A stretch of DNA of 64,000 bases from Lingula anatina (Eukaryota; Animalia; Brachiopoda), in assembly GCA_051362555.1 (NCBI GenBank), contig CM120643.1, positions 5,022,001 through 5,086,000 on the forward strand, in the 5' to 3' direction. Below the pieces are notes generated by a model. The model saw only the letters and a program-made list of their open reading frames with translations, did not search any database and was not told where the DNA came from. Shown here in pieces: positions 1 through 13,462 of this stretch (positions are counted from its first letter, which is position 1; every line of letters begins with the position of its first letter). Position numbers and translations under genes: made by a program.

Positions 1-3000
1 CGACGGAGTCCATGTTATTTAAAGTACTTTTAAAGGGACTAAAGCAAATTTTGAGGTCTTCGACATTCCGATTGCGTTAGTTGAGACAGACCTTTCGGGA
101 CCCTTAAGACCCACCGATTGTGACGGTTGCGACGGAGTCCATGTTATTTAAAGTACTTTTAAAGGGACAAGAGCCATTTTTGAGGGCTTTGACTTTCCGA
201 TTGCGTTAGTTGAGATGTACCTTTCGGGACCCTTAAGACCCACCGATTGTGACAGTTGCGACGGAGTCCATGTTATTTAAAGTACTTTTAAAGGGACAAG
301 AGACATTTTTGAGGACCTTGACTTTCCGATTGCGTTAGTTGAGACGTACCTTTCGGAACCATTTTGAGGGCTTCGATTTTCCGATTGCGTTAGTTGAGAC
401 GGACATTTCGGGACCCTTAAGACCCACCGATTGTGACAGTTGCGACGGAGTCCATGTTATTTAAAGTACTTTTAAAGGGACAAGAGCCATTTTTGAGGGC
501 TTCTACTATCCGATTGCGTTAGTTGAGACGGACCTTTTGGGACCCTTAAGACCCACCGATTGTGACAGTTGCGACGGAGTCCATGTTATTTAAAGTACTT
601 TTAAAGGGACTAAAGCAAATTTTGAGATCTTAGACATTCCGATTGCGTTAGTTGAGCTGGACATTTCGGGACCCTTAAGACCCACCGATTGTGACAGTTG
701 CGACGGAGTCCATGTTATTTAAAGTACTTTTAAAGGGACAAGAGCCATTTTTGAGGGCTTTGACTTTCCGATTGCGTTAGTTGAGACGTACCTTTCGGAA
801 CCATTTTGAGGGCTTCGACTTTCCGATTGCGTTAGTTGAGACGGACATTTTGGGACCCTTAAGACCCACCGATTGTGACAGTTGCGACGGAGTCCATGTT
901 ATTTAAAGTACTTTTAAAGGGACTAAAGCAAATTTTGAGATCTTCGACATTCCGATTGCGTTAGTTGAGACGGACATTTTGAGACCCTTAAGACCCACCG
1001 ATTGTGACAGTTGCGACGGAGTCCATGTTATTTAAAGTACTTTTAAAGGGACAAGAGCCATTTTTGAGGGCGTCTACTATCCGATTGCGTTAGTTGAGAC
1101 AGACCTTTCGGGACCCTTAAGACCCACCGATTGTGACAGTTGCGACGGAGTCCATGTTATTTAAAGTACTTTTAAAGGGACTAAAGCAAATTTTGAGGTC
1201 TTCGACATTCCGATTGCGTTAGTTGAGACAGACCTTTCGGGACCCTTAAGACCCACCGATTGTGACGGTTGCGACGGAGTCCATGTTATTTAAAGTACTT
1301 TTAAAGGGACAAGAGACATTTTTGAGGACCTTGACTTTCCGATTGCGTTAGTTGAGACGTACCTTTCGGAACCATTTTGAGGGCTTCGACTTTCCGATTG
1401 CGTTAGTTGAGACGGACATTTTTGGACCCTTAAGACCCACCGATTGTGACAGTTGCGACGGAGTCCATGTTATTTAAAGTACTTTTAAAGGGATAAGAGC
1501 CATTTTTGAGGACTTTGACTTTCCGATTGCGTTAGTTGAGACGTACCTTTCGGAACCATTTTGAGGGCTTCGACTTTCCGATTGCGTTAGTTGAGACGGA
1601 CATTTTGGGACCCTTAAGACCCACCGATTGTGACAGTTGCGATGGAGTCCATGTTATTTAAAGTACTTTTAAAGGGACTAAAGCAAATTTTGAGATCTTC
1701 GACATTCCGATTGCGTTAGTTGAGACGGACATTTTGAGACCCTTAAGACCCACCGATTGTGACAGTTGCGACGGAGTCCATGTTATTTAAAGTACTTTTA
1801 AAGGGACAAGAGCCATTTTTGAGGGCGTCTACTATCCGATTGCGTTAGTTGAGACAGACCTTTCGGGACCCTTAAGACCCATCGATTGTGACAGTTGCGA
1901 CGGGGTCCATGTTATTTAAAGTACTTTTAAAGGGACTAAAGCAAATTTTGAGGTCTTCGACATTCCGATTGCGTTAGTTGAGACAGACCTTTCGGGACCC
2001 TTAAGACCCACCGATTGTGACGGTTGCGACGGAGTCCATGTTATTTAAAGTACTTTTAAAGGGACAAGAGACATTTTTGAGGACCTTGACTTTCCGATTG
2101 CGTTAGTTGAGACGTACCTTTCGGAACCATTTTGAGGGCTTCGATTTTCCGATTGCGTTAGTTGAGACGGACATTTCGGGACCCTTAAGACCCACCGATT
2201 GTGACAGTTGCGACGGAGTCCATGTTATTTAAAGTACTTTTAAAGGGACTAAAGCAAATTTTGAGATCTTCGACATTCCGATTGCGTTAGTTGAGCCGGA
2301 CATTTCGGGACCCTTAAGACCCACCGATTGTGACAGTTGCGACGGTGTCCATGTTATTTAAAGTACTTTTAAAGGGACAAGAGCCATTTTTGAGGGCTTT
2401 GACTTTCCGATTGCGTTAGTTGAGACGGACATTTCGGGACCCTTAAGACCCACCGATTGTGACAGTTGCGACGGAGTCCATGTTATTTAAAGTACTTTTA
2501 AAGGGATAAGAGCCATTTTTGAGGGCTTTGAATTTCTGATTGCGTTAGTTGAGACGTACCTTTCGGAACCATTTTGAGGGCTTCGACTTTCCGATTGCGT
2601 TAGTTGAGACGGACATTTTGGGACCCTTAAGACCCACCGATTGTGACAGTTGCGACGGAGTCCATGTTATTTAAAGTACTTTTAAAGGGATAAGAGCCAT
2701 TTTTGAGGGCTTTGACTTTCTGATTGCGTTAGTTGAGACGTACCTTTCGGAACCATTTTGAGGGCTTCGACTTTCCGATTGCGTTAGTTGAGACGGACAT
2801 TTTTGGACCCTTAAGACCCACCGATTGTGACAGTTGCGACGGAGTCCATGTTATTTAAAGTACTTTTAAAGGGACAAGAGCCATTTTTGAGGGCGTCTAC
2901 TATCCGATTGCGTTAGTTGAGACGGACCTTTTGGGACCCTTAAGACCCACCGATTGTGACAGTTGCGACGGAGTCCATGTTATTTAAAGTACTTTTAAAG

Positions 3001-3455
3001 GGACTAAAGCAAATTTTGAGATCTTCGACATTCCGATTGCGTTAGTTGAGACGGACATTTTGGGACCCTTAAGACCCACCGATTGTGACAGTTGCGACGG
3101 AGTCCATGTTATTTAAAGTACTTTTAAAGGGACAAGAGCCATTTTTGAGGGCGTCTACTATCCGATTGCGTTAGTTGAGACGGACCTTTTGGGACCCTTA
3201 AGACCCACCGATTGTGACAGTTGCGACGGAGTCCATGTTATTTAAAGTACTTTTAAAGGGACAAGAGCCATTTTCGAGGGCTTTGACTTTCCGATTGCGT
3301 TAGTTGAGACGTACCTTTCGGAACCATTTTGAGGGCTTTGACTTTCCGATTGCGTTAGTTGAGACGGACATTTCGGGACCCTTAAGGCCTACCGATTTCC
3401 ATGTTATTTAAAGTACTTTTAAAGGGACAAAAGCCATTTTTGAGGGATTCGACAT
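1..3455 (+). repeat. Satellite DNA array (129-bp monomer, 184-bp variant with an extra 55-bp subunit); open at the window start
   Basis: CGACGGAGTCC recurs at 1 and 130. The monomer is a 46-bp plus an 83-bp subunit, each starting CCGATTG..AGTTG. An optional 55-bp subunit is seen at 326-380. Every monomer carries the palindrome AAAGTACTTT. Confidence 0.97.
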
Positions 3456-3465
3456 TATAAAACAT

Positions 3466-6099
3466 TATAAAAAAAAGGAAGGGTAAAAATTGAAAAAGAA
3501 AAACGTTTAAAAAATGAAATGGAAAGACATTGAAAAATGAATGAAATGGAATCCAAAATACAAAACAAGACACATGAAATGGAAGTGGAAAAGAGATCTA
3601 AAAAGACATGGAATGACAAAGAAAGAGAAAAATTCTTACCATTCTTTGCCCTTTTCTTCAATTTTTTTAAGTGCAAAAAGTTAATTTTTTTGCCCTTCCC
3701 ATTTCATGTCTTTTCACCTCTCTTTCGCACTTCCATTTCTTATCTCTTTTCTTGTATTTTGCCCTTCCATTTGCATGTCTACTTTGGCTGTCCCTTGCAC
3801 TTCCATTGCATATCCACTCTTTTCCACCTTTTTTTCCTGTATTTAGTATGTGTCTTTTGTTGAATTTTGCTATTCTATTTCATGTCTCTTTTCTTGTATT
3901 TTGCACTTCCATTTTATGTGTTTTTTTCCTGTATTTGGCACTTCCATTGCATGTAATTTTGCCTTTCTTTTCCCCTTCTATTTCATGAATCTTTGCCTCT
4001 CCTTTTATTGTATTTCGCACTTCCATTGCATATCTCTTCACCTCTCTGTCGCAAATCCATTTCTTGTCTCTTTTCTAGTATTTTCCACTTCCATTGCATG
4101 TCTCTTTTCCTGTATTTTCGACTTCTATTGCATGTGATTTTGCCTCACTTTTTCCCTTCTATTCCATGTGTCTTCGCCTCTCTTTCGCTTTTCTATTTGA
4201 TGTCTCTTTTCTTTTATTTTGCACTTCCATTGCGTGTGTTTTTTCTGTATTTTGCACCTCCATTGCATGTAATTTTACCTCCCTTTTTCCCTTTTATTTT
4301 ATGTTAGTTCGCCTCTCTTTCGCTCTTCCATTTCATATCTCTTTTATTGTATTTTCCACTTCCATTGCGTATCTGTCTCTGTGTATCTATTTCGTATCTC
4401 TCTGTCACAAATCCATTTCTTGTCTCTTTTCTTGTATTTTCCAGTTCCATTGCATGTGATTTTGCCTCTCTTTTCCCGTTCTTTTTCATGTGTCTTCGCC
4501 TCTCTTTTGCTCTTCCATTTCATATCACTTTTATTGTATTTTGCACTTCCATTGCGTGTCTCTGTTCCTGTATTTTGCACTTCCATTGCGTATATCTTCA
4601 CCTCTCTGTCGCAAATCCATTTCTTGTCTCTTTTTTTGTATTTTCCATTTCCATTGCATGTCCGTTTTCCTGTGTTTTCCACTTCCATTGCATGTGATTT
4701 TGCCAAACTTTTTCCCTTCTATTCCATGTGTCTTCGCCTCTCTTTCGCTTTTCTATTTGATGTCTCTTTTCTTTTATTTTGCACTTCCATTGCGTGTGTT
4801 TTTTCTGTATTTTGCACCTCCATTGCATGTAATTTTACCTCCCTTTTTCCCTTTTATTTTATGTTAGTTCGCCTCTCTTTCGCTCTTCCATTTCATATCT
4901 CTTTTATTGTATTTTCCACTTCCATTGTGTATCTGTCTCTGTGTATCTATTTCGTATCTCTCTGTCACAAATCCATGTCTTGTCTCTTTTCTTGTATTTT
5001 CTAGTTCCATTGCATGTAATTTTGCCTCTCTTTTCCCGTTCTTTTTCATGTGTCTTCGCCTCTCTTTTGTTCTTCCATTTCATATCAATTTTATTGTATT
5101 TTGCACTTCCATTGCGTGTCTCTGTTCCTGTATTTTCCTCTTCCAATTGCGTATATCTTCACCTCTCTGTCGCAAATCCATTTCTTGTCTCTTTTCTTGT
5201 ATTTTCCACTTCCATTGCATATATCTTCACCTCTCTGTCGCAAATCCATTTCTTGTCTCTTTTCTTGTATTTTCCACTTCCATTGCATGTCCGTTTTCCT
5301 GGGTTTTTTCGACTTCCATCGCATGTGATTTTGCCTCTCTTTTCCCCTTCTATTTCATGTGTCTTCGCCTCTCTTTTGTTCTTCCATTTCATATCAATTT
5401 TATTGTATTTTGCACTTCCATTGCGTGTCTCTGTTCCTGTATTTTCCTCTTCCATTGCGTATATCTTCACCTCTCTCGCAAATCCATTTCTTGTCTCTTT
5501 TCTTGTAATTTACACTTCCATTTCATGTCCGTTTTCCTGGGTTTTCTACTTCCATTGCATGTAATTTTGCCTCTCTTTTCCCCTTCTATTTCATGTGTCT
5601 TCGCCTCTCTTTTGTTCTTCCATTTCATATCAATTTTATTGTATTTTGCACTTCCATTGCGTGTCTCTGTTCCTGTATTTTCCTCTTCCATTGCGTATAT
5701 CTTCACTTCTCTGTCGCAAATCCATTTCTTGTCTCTTTTCTTGTAATTTCCACTTCCATTTCATGTCCGTTTTCCTGGGTTTTCGACTTCCATTGCATGT
5801 GATTTTGCCTCTCTTTTGCTCTTCCATTTCATGTCACTTTTATTGTATTTTGCACTTCCATTGCATGTGATTTTGCCCCTCTTTTCCCTTCCATTTCATA
5901 TGTCTTCGCCTCTCTTTTGCTCTTCCATTTTATGTCTCTTTTCTTGTATTTTGCACTTCTATCGCGAATCTTTTTTCCTGTATTTTGCACTTCCATTTTA
6001 TGTGATTTTGCCCCTCTTTTGCACTTCCATTTCATTTATTTTGAAATTCCTTTTTTTTTGACATACTTTTCATGTCTTTTTTACCCTTCCTTTTTTATA
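3466..6099. repeat. TTCCAT-rich low-complexity tandem repeat with inverted termini, separating the two satellite orientations
   Basis: Recurrent CACTTCCATTGCATG/TTCCATTTCAT motifs and a 560-bp internal duplication (4304 vs 4864). TATAAAAAAAAGGAAGGGTAAAAA (3466-3489) is the near reverse complement of TTTTTTACCCTTCCTTTTTTATA (6077-6099). Purine-rich to about 3630, pyrimidine-rich after. Confidence 0.85.
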
Positions 6100-6103
6100 G
6101 TAA

Positions 6104-9100
6104 AGGGTCTCAACTACCACAATCGGATACTAGAAGCCCTCAAAAATGGCTCTAGTCCCTTTAAAAGTACTTTAAATAACATGGACATCGTCGCAACTGT
6201 CACAATCGGTGGGTCTAAGGGTCTCGAAAGGTCCGTCTCATTTAACGCAATTGGAAAGTCGAAGCCTTCAAAATGGCTCCGAAAGGTACGTCTCAACTAA
6301 CGCAATCGGATAGTAGAAGATCTCAAAATTTGCTCTAGTCCCTTTAAAAGTACTTTAAATAACATGGACTCCGTCGAAACTGTCACAATCGGTGGGTCTT
6401 AAGGGTCCCGAAAGGTCCCTCTCAACTAACGCAATCGGATAGTAGAAGCCCTCTTGTCCCTTTAAAAGTACTTTAAATAACATGGACTCCGTCGCAACTG
6501 TCACAATCGGTGGGTCTTAAGGGTCCCAAAAGGTCCGTCTCAACTAACGCAATCGGATAGTAGAAGCCCTCTAAATGGTTCCGAAAGGTACGTCTCAACT
6601 AACGCAATCGGAAAGTCAAAGCCCTCAAAAATGACTCTAGTCCCTTTAAAAGTACTTTAAATAACATGGACTCCGTCGTAACTGTCACAATCGGTGGGTC
6701 TTAAGGGTCCCGAAAGGTCTGTCTCAACTAACGCAATCGGAATGTCGAAGATCTCAAAATTTGCTTTAGTCCCTTTAAAAGTACTTTAAATAACATGGAC
6801 TCCGTCGCAACTGTCACAATCGGTGGGTGTTAAGGGTCCCAAAAGGTCCGTCTCAACTAACGCAATCGGATAATAGAAGCCCTCAAAAATGGCTCTAGTC
6901 CCTTTAAAAGTACTTTTAATAAGATGAACTCCGTCGCAACTGTCACAATCGGTGGGTCTTAAGGGTCCCTAAAGGTCCGTCTCATCTAACGCAATCGGAA
7001 AGTCGAAGCCCTCAAAAAGGTTCCGAAAGGTACGTCTCAACTAACGCAATCGGAAAGTTGAAGCCCTCAAAATGGTTCCGAAATGTCCGTCTCAACTAAC
7101 GCAATCGGAAAGTCGAAGCCCTCAAAATGGTTCCGAAAGGTACGTCTCAACTAACGCAATCGGAAAGTTGAAGCCCTCAAAATGGTCCCGAAAGGTCTGT
7201 CTCAACTAACGCAATCGGAATGTCGAAGACCTCAAAATTTGTTTTAGTCCCTTTAAAAGTACTTTAAATAACATGGACTCCGTCGCAACTGTCACAATTG
7301 GTGGGTCTTAAGGGTCCCGAAAGGTCTGTCTCAACTAACGCAATCGGATAGTAGAAGCCCTCTAAATGGTTCCGAAAGGTACGTCTCAACTAACGCAATC
7401 GGAAAGTCAAAGCCCTCAAAAATGGCTCTTGTCTCTTTAAAAGTACTTTAAATAACATGGACTCCGTCGCAACTGTCACAATCGGTGGGTCTTAAGGGTC
7501 CCGAAAGGTCCGTCTCAACTAACGCAATCGGATAGTAGAAGCCCTCTAAATGGTTCCGAAAGGTACGTCTCAACTAACGCAATCGGAAAGTCAAAGCCCT
7601 CAAAAATGGCTCTTGTCTCTTTAAAAGTACTTTAAATAACATGGACTCCGTCGTAACTGTCACAATCGGTGGGTGTTAAGGGTCCCAAAAGGTCCGTCTC
7701 AACTAACGCAATCGGATAGTAGAAGCCCTCAAAAAATGGCTCTAGTCCCTTTAAAAGTACTTTAAATAACATGGACTCCGTCGCAACTGTCACAATCGGT
7801 GGGTCTTAAGGGTCCCGAAAGGTCTGTCTCAACTAACGCAATCGGATAGTAGAAGCCCTCTAAATGGTTCCGAAAGGTACGTCTCAACTAACGCAATCGG
7901 AAAGTCAAAGCCCTCAAAAATGACTCTAGTCCCTTTAAAAGTACTTTAAATAACATGGACTCCGTCGCAACTGTCACAATCGGGGGGTCTTAAGGGTCCC
8001 AAAAGGTCCGTCTCAACTAACGCAATCGGATAGTAGAAGCCCTCTAAATGGTTCCGAAAGGTACGTCTCAACTAACGCAATCGGAAAGTCAAAGCCCTCA
8101 AAAATGGCTCTTGTCTCTTTAAAAGTACTTTAAATAACATGGACTCCGTCGCAACTGTCACAATCGGTGGGTCTTAAGGGTCCCGAAAGGTCCGTCTCAA
8201 CTAACGCAATCGGATAGTAGAAGCCCTCTAAATGGTTCCGAAAGGTACGTCTCAACTAACGCAATCGGAAAGTCAAAGCCCTCAAAAATGGCTCTTGTCT
8301 CTTTAAAAGTACTTTAAATAACATGGACTCCGTCGTAACTGTCACAATCGGTGGGTGTTAAGGGTCCCAAAAGGTCCGTCTCAACTAACGCAATCGGATA
8401 GTAGAAGCCCTCAAAAAATGGCTCTAGTCCCTTTAAAAGTACTTTAAATAACATGGACTCCGTCGTAACTGTCACAATCGGTGGGTCTTAAGGGTCCCGA
8501 AAGGTCTGTCTCAACTAACGCAATCGGAATGTCGAAGATCTCAAAATTTGCTTTAGTCCCTTTAAAAGTACTTTAAATAACATGGACTCCGTCGCAACTG
8601 TCACAATCGGTGGGTGTTAAGGGTCCCAAAAGGTCCGTCTCAACTAACGCAATCAGAAAGTCGAAGCCCTCAAAATGGTTCCGAAAGGTACGTCTCAACT
8701 AACGCAATCGGAAAGTTGAAGCCCTCAAAATGGTTCCGAAATGTCCGTCTCAACTAACGCAATCGGAATGTCGAAGATCTCAAAATTTGCTTTAGTCCCT
8801 TTAAAAGTACTTTAAATAACATGGACTCCGTCGCAACTGTCACAATCGGTGGGTGTTAAGGGTCCCAAAAGGTCCGTCTCAACTAACGCAATCGGATAAT
8901 AGAAGCCCTCAAAAATGGCTCTAGTCCCTTTAAAAGTACTTTTAATAAGAAGAACTCCGTCGCAACTGTCACAATCGGTGGGTCTTAAGGGTCCCGAAAG
9001 GTCCGTCTCAACTAACGCAATCAGAAAGTCGAAGCCTTCAAAATGGTTCCGAAAGGTACGTCTCAACTAACGCAATCGGAAAGTTGAAGCCCTCAAAATG

Positions 9101-12100
9101 GTTCCGAAATGTCCGTCTCAACTAACGCAATCGGAAAGTCGAAGCCCTCAAAATGGTTCCGAAAGGTACGTCTCAACTAACGCAATCGGAAAGTTGAAGC
9201 CCTCAAAATGGTTCCGAAATGTCCGTCTCAACTAACGCAATCGGAATGTCGAAGATCTCAAAATTTGCTTTAGTCCCTTTAAAAGTACTTTAAATAACAT
9301 GGACTCCGTCGCAACTGTCACAATCGGTGGGTCTTAAGGGTCCCGAAAGGTCTGTCTCAACTAACCCAATCGGAATGTCGAAGATCTCAAAATTTGCTTT
9401 AGTCCCTTTAAAAGTACTTTAAATAACATGGACTCCGTCGCAACTGTCACAATCGGTGGGTCTTAAGGGTCCCGAAAGATCTGTCTCAACTAACGCAATC
9501 GGAATGTCGAAGATCTCAATATTTGCTTTAGTCCCTTTAAAAGTACTTTAAATAACATGGACTCCGTTGCAACTGTCACAATCGGTGAGTCTTAAGGGTC
9601 CCGAAATGTCCGTCTCAACTAACGCAATCGGAAAGTCGAAGCCCTCAAAATGGTTCCGAAAGGTACGTCTCAACTAACGCAATCGGAAAGTCAAAGCCCT
9701 CAAAAATGGCTCTAGTCCCTTTAAAAGTACTTTAAATAACATGGACATCGTCGCAACTTTCACAATCGGTGGGTCTTAAGGGTCCCGAAAGGTCTGTCTC
9801 AACTAACGCAATCGGAATGTCGCAGATCTCAAAATTTGCTTTAGTCCCTTTAAAAGTACTTTTAATAACATGGACTCCGTCGCAACTGTCACAATCGGTG
9901 GGTCTTAAGGGTCCCGAAATGTCCGTCTCAACTAACGCAATCGGAAAATTGAAGCCCTCAAAATGGTTTCGAAAGGTACGTCTCAACTAACGCAATCGGA
10001 AAGTCGAAGCCCTCAATATGGTTCCGAAATGTCCGTCTCAACTAACGCAATCGGAATGTCGAAGATCTCAAAATTTGCTTTAGTCCCTTTAAAAGTACTT
10101 TAAATAACATGGACTCCGTCGCAACTGTCACAATCGGAAAGTCAAAGCCCTCAATATGGTTCCGAAATGTCCGTCTCAACTAACGCAATCGGAATGTCGA
10201 AGATCTCAAAATTTGCTTTAGTCCCTTTAAAAGTACTTTAAATAACATGGACTCCGTCGCAACTGTCACAATCGGTGGGTCTTAAGGGTCCCGAAAGGTC
10301 TGTCTCAACTAACGCAATCGGAATGTCGAAGATCTCAAAATTTGCTTTAGTCCCTTTAAAAGTACTTTAAATAACATGGACTCCGTCGCAACTGTCACAA
10401 TCGGTGGGTCTTAAGGGTCCCGAAAGGTCTGTCTCAACTAACGCAATCGGAATGTCGAAGACCTCAAAATTTGTTTTAGTCCCTTTAAAAGTACTTTAAA
10501 TAACATGGACTCCATCGCAACTGTCACAATCGGTGGGTCTTAAGGGTCCCGAAATGTCCCTCTCAACTAACGCAATCGGAAAGTTGAAGCCCTCAAAATG
10601 GTTCCGAAAGGTACGTCTCAACTAACGCAATCGGAAAGTCGAAGCCCTCAAAATGGTTCCGAAATGTCCGTCTCAACTAACGCAATCGGAATGTCGAAGC
10701 CCTCAAAATTTGCTTTAGTCCCTTTAAAAGTACTTTAAATAACATGGACATCGTTGCAACTGTCACAATCGGTGGGTCTAAGGGTCCCGAAAGGTCTGTC
10801 TCAACTAACGCAATCGGAAAGTCAAAGCCCTCAAAAATGGCTCTAGTCCCTTTAAAAGTACTTTAAATAACATGGACATCGTCGCAACTGTCACAATCGG
10901 TGGGTCTAAGGGTCCCGAAAGGTCTGTCTCATTTAACGCAATTGGAAAGTCGAAGCCCTCAAAATGGCTCCGAAAGGTACGTCTCAACTAACGCAATCGG
11001 ATAGTAGAAGATCTCAAAATTTGCTCTAGTCCCTTTAAAAGTACTTTAAATAACATGGACTCCGTCGAAACTGTCACAATCGGTGGGTCTTAAGGGTCCC
11101 GAAATGTCCGTCTCAACTAACGCAATCGGAAAATTGAAGCCCTCAAAATGGTTTCGAAAGGTACGTCTCAACTAACGCAATCGGAAAGTCGAAGCCCTCA
11201 AAATGGTTCCGAAATGTCCGTCTCAACTAACGCAATCGGAATGTCGAAGATCTCAAAATTTGCTTTAGTCCCTTTAAAAGTACTTTAAATAACATGGACT
11301 CCGTCGCAACTGTCACAATCGGTGGGTCTTAAGGGTCCCGAAAGGTCTGTCTCAACTAACGCAATCGGAATGTCGAAGATCTCAAAATTTGCTTTAGTCC
11401 CTTTAAAAGTACTTTAAATAACATGGACTCCGTCGCAACTGTCACAATCGGTGGGTCTTAGGGGTCCCGAAAGGTCTGTCTCAACTAACGCAATTAGAAA
11501 GTTGAAGCCCTCAAAAATGGCTCTAGTCCCTTTAAAAGTACTTTAAATAACATGGACATCGTCGCAACTGTCACAATCGGTGGGTCTAAGGGTCCCGAAA
11601 GGTCTGTCTCATTTAACGCAATTGGAAAGTCGAAGCCCTCAAAATGGCTCCGATAGGTACGTCTCAACTAACGCAATCGGATAGTAGAAGATCTCAAAAT
11701 TTGCTCTAGTCCCTTTAAAAGTACTTTAAATAACATGGACTCCGTCGAAACTGTCACAATCGGTGGGTCTTAAGGGTCCCGAAAGGTCCGTCTCAACTAA
11801 CGCAATCGGATAGTAGAAGCCCTCAAAAATGGCTCTTGTCCCTTTAAAACTACTTTAAATAACATGGACTCCGTCGCGACTGTCACAATCGGTGGGTCTT
11901 AAGGGTCCCGAAAGGTCTGTCTCAACTAACGCAATTAGAAAGTTGAAGCCCTCAAAAATGGCTCTAGTCCCTTTAAAAGTACTTTAAATAACATGGCCTC
12001 TCTCGCAACTGTCACAATCGGTGGGTCTTAAGGGTCTTGAAAGGTCCGTCTCAACTAACGCAATCGGAAAGACGAAGCCCTCAAAATGGCTCCGAAAGGT

Positions 12101-13350
12101 ACGTCTCAACTACCACAATCGGAAAGTCGAAGCCTTTAAAAATCATGGACTCCGTCGCAACTTTGGCAATCAGTGTGTCTTAAGGGTCCCGAAAGGTCCG
12201 TCTCAACTAATGCTATCGGAAAGTCGAAGCCCTCAAAATTGGCTCTAGTCCCTTTAAAAGTACTTTTAAAATCATGGACTCCGTCGCAACTGTCACAATC
12301 AATGGGTCTTAAGGAAGTTTCATCTCAGCTACCACAAACTAATGCTATCGGAAAGTGGAAGCCCTCAAATTTGGCTCTAGTCCCTTTAAAAGTACTTTAA
12401 AAATCATGGACTCCGTCGCAACTGTCACAATCGGTGGGTCTTCAGGGTCCCGAAAGGTCCGTCTCAACTAACGCAATCGGAAAGTCAAAGCCCTAAAAAA
12501 TGGCTCTAGTCCCTTTAAAAGTACTTCAAAAATCATGGACTCCGTCGCAACTGTCGCAATTGGTGGGTCATAAGGGTCTCGAAAAGTCCATCTCAACTAA
12601 CGCAATCGGAATGTCGAAGCCCTCAAAAATGGCTCTTGTCCCTTGAAAACTACTTTAAATAACATGGACTCCGTCGCAACTGTCACAATCAATGGGTCTT
12701 AAGGAAGTTTCATCTCAGCTACCACAAACTAATGCTATCGGAAAGTGGAAGCCCTCAAATTTGGCTCTAGTCCCTTTAAAAGAACTTTAAATAACATGGA
12801 CTCCGTTGCAACTGTCGCAATCGGTGGGTCTTAAGGGTCCCAAAATGTCCGTCTCAACTAACACAATCGGAAAGTCGAAGCCCTTAAAATTGGCTCTAGT
12901 CCCTTTAAAAGTACTTTAAAAATCATGGACTCCGTCGCAACTGTCACAATCAATGGGTCTTACGGAAGTTTCATCTCAGCTACCACAATCGGAAAGTCGA
13001 AGCCCTCAAAATGGCTCTAGTCCCTTTAAAAGTACGTTAAAAATCATGGACTCCGTCGCAGCTGTCGCAATTGGTGGGTCATAAGGGTCCCGAAAAGTCT
13101 GATTCAACTAACGCTATTGGAAAGTTGAAGCCTTTAAAATTGGCTCCGAAAGATTCATCTCAACAAACGTAATATGAAAATCGAAGCTCTCAAAATTTGC
13201 TCTAGTCCCTTTAAAAGTACTTTAAAAATCATGGACTCTGTCGCAGCTGTCGCAATCAGTGGGTCTTAAGATTCCCGAAAGGTCCATCTCAACTACCACA
13301 ATGGGAAGCGGTCAAGATAAGCTCAAGTCCCCTTTAAAGTACTTAAAAAT
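6104..13350 (-). repeat. Same 129/184-bp satellite in inverted orientation, increasingly diverged after about 12 kb
   Basis: GTCTCAACTAACGCAATCGG and GGACTCCGTCGCAACTGTCACAATCGG are reverse complements of the 1-3455 monomer. Variant monomers accumulate from about 12000 to 13350. Confidence 0.97.
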
Positions 13351-13434
13351 TTTTCGAATCTGTCCACCTATAGTAATTCAATCTGTCTGTCTGTAATGTC
13401 AACATGATCATGGCAGTTTAAAGACAACACTGTG

Positions 13435-13462
13435 GTACCCCCAGTACTCGTACTGGTGGTAC
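13435..13462. other. GC-rich hairpin just outside the satellite end
   Basis: GTACC-C-CCAGTAC-TC-GTACTGG-T-GGTAC, followed by AATAAAA; a (TCTG)3 run lies at about 13382. Confidence 0.6.

Noticed and set aside
3382-6300. Many overlapping Phe/Leu/Ser/Cys-rich or Lys/Arg/Glu-rich ORFs
   Set aside because: They are by-products of a strand-asymmetric low-complexity repeat, open in several frames at once.
1-13350. CRISPR-like array (regular repeats with variable intervening segments)
   Set aside because: The intervening segments are a few recurring variants rather than unique spacers, there are no cas genes, and the context is eukaryotic.
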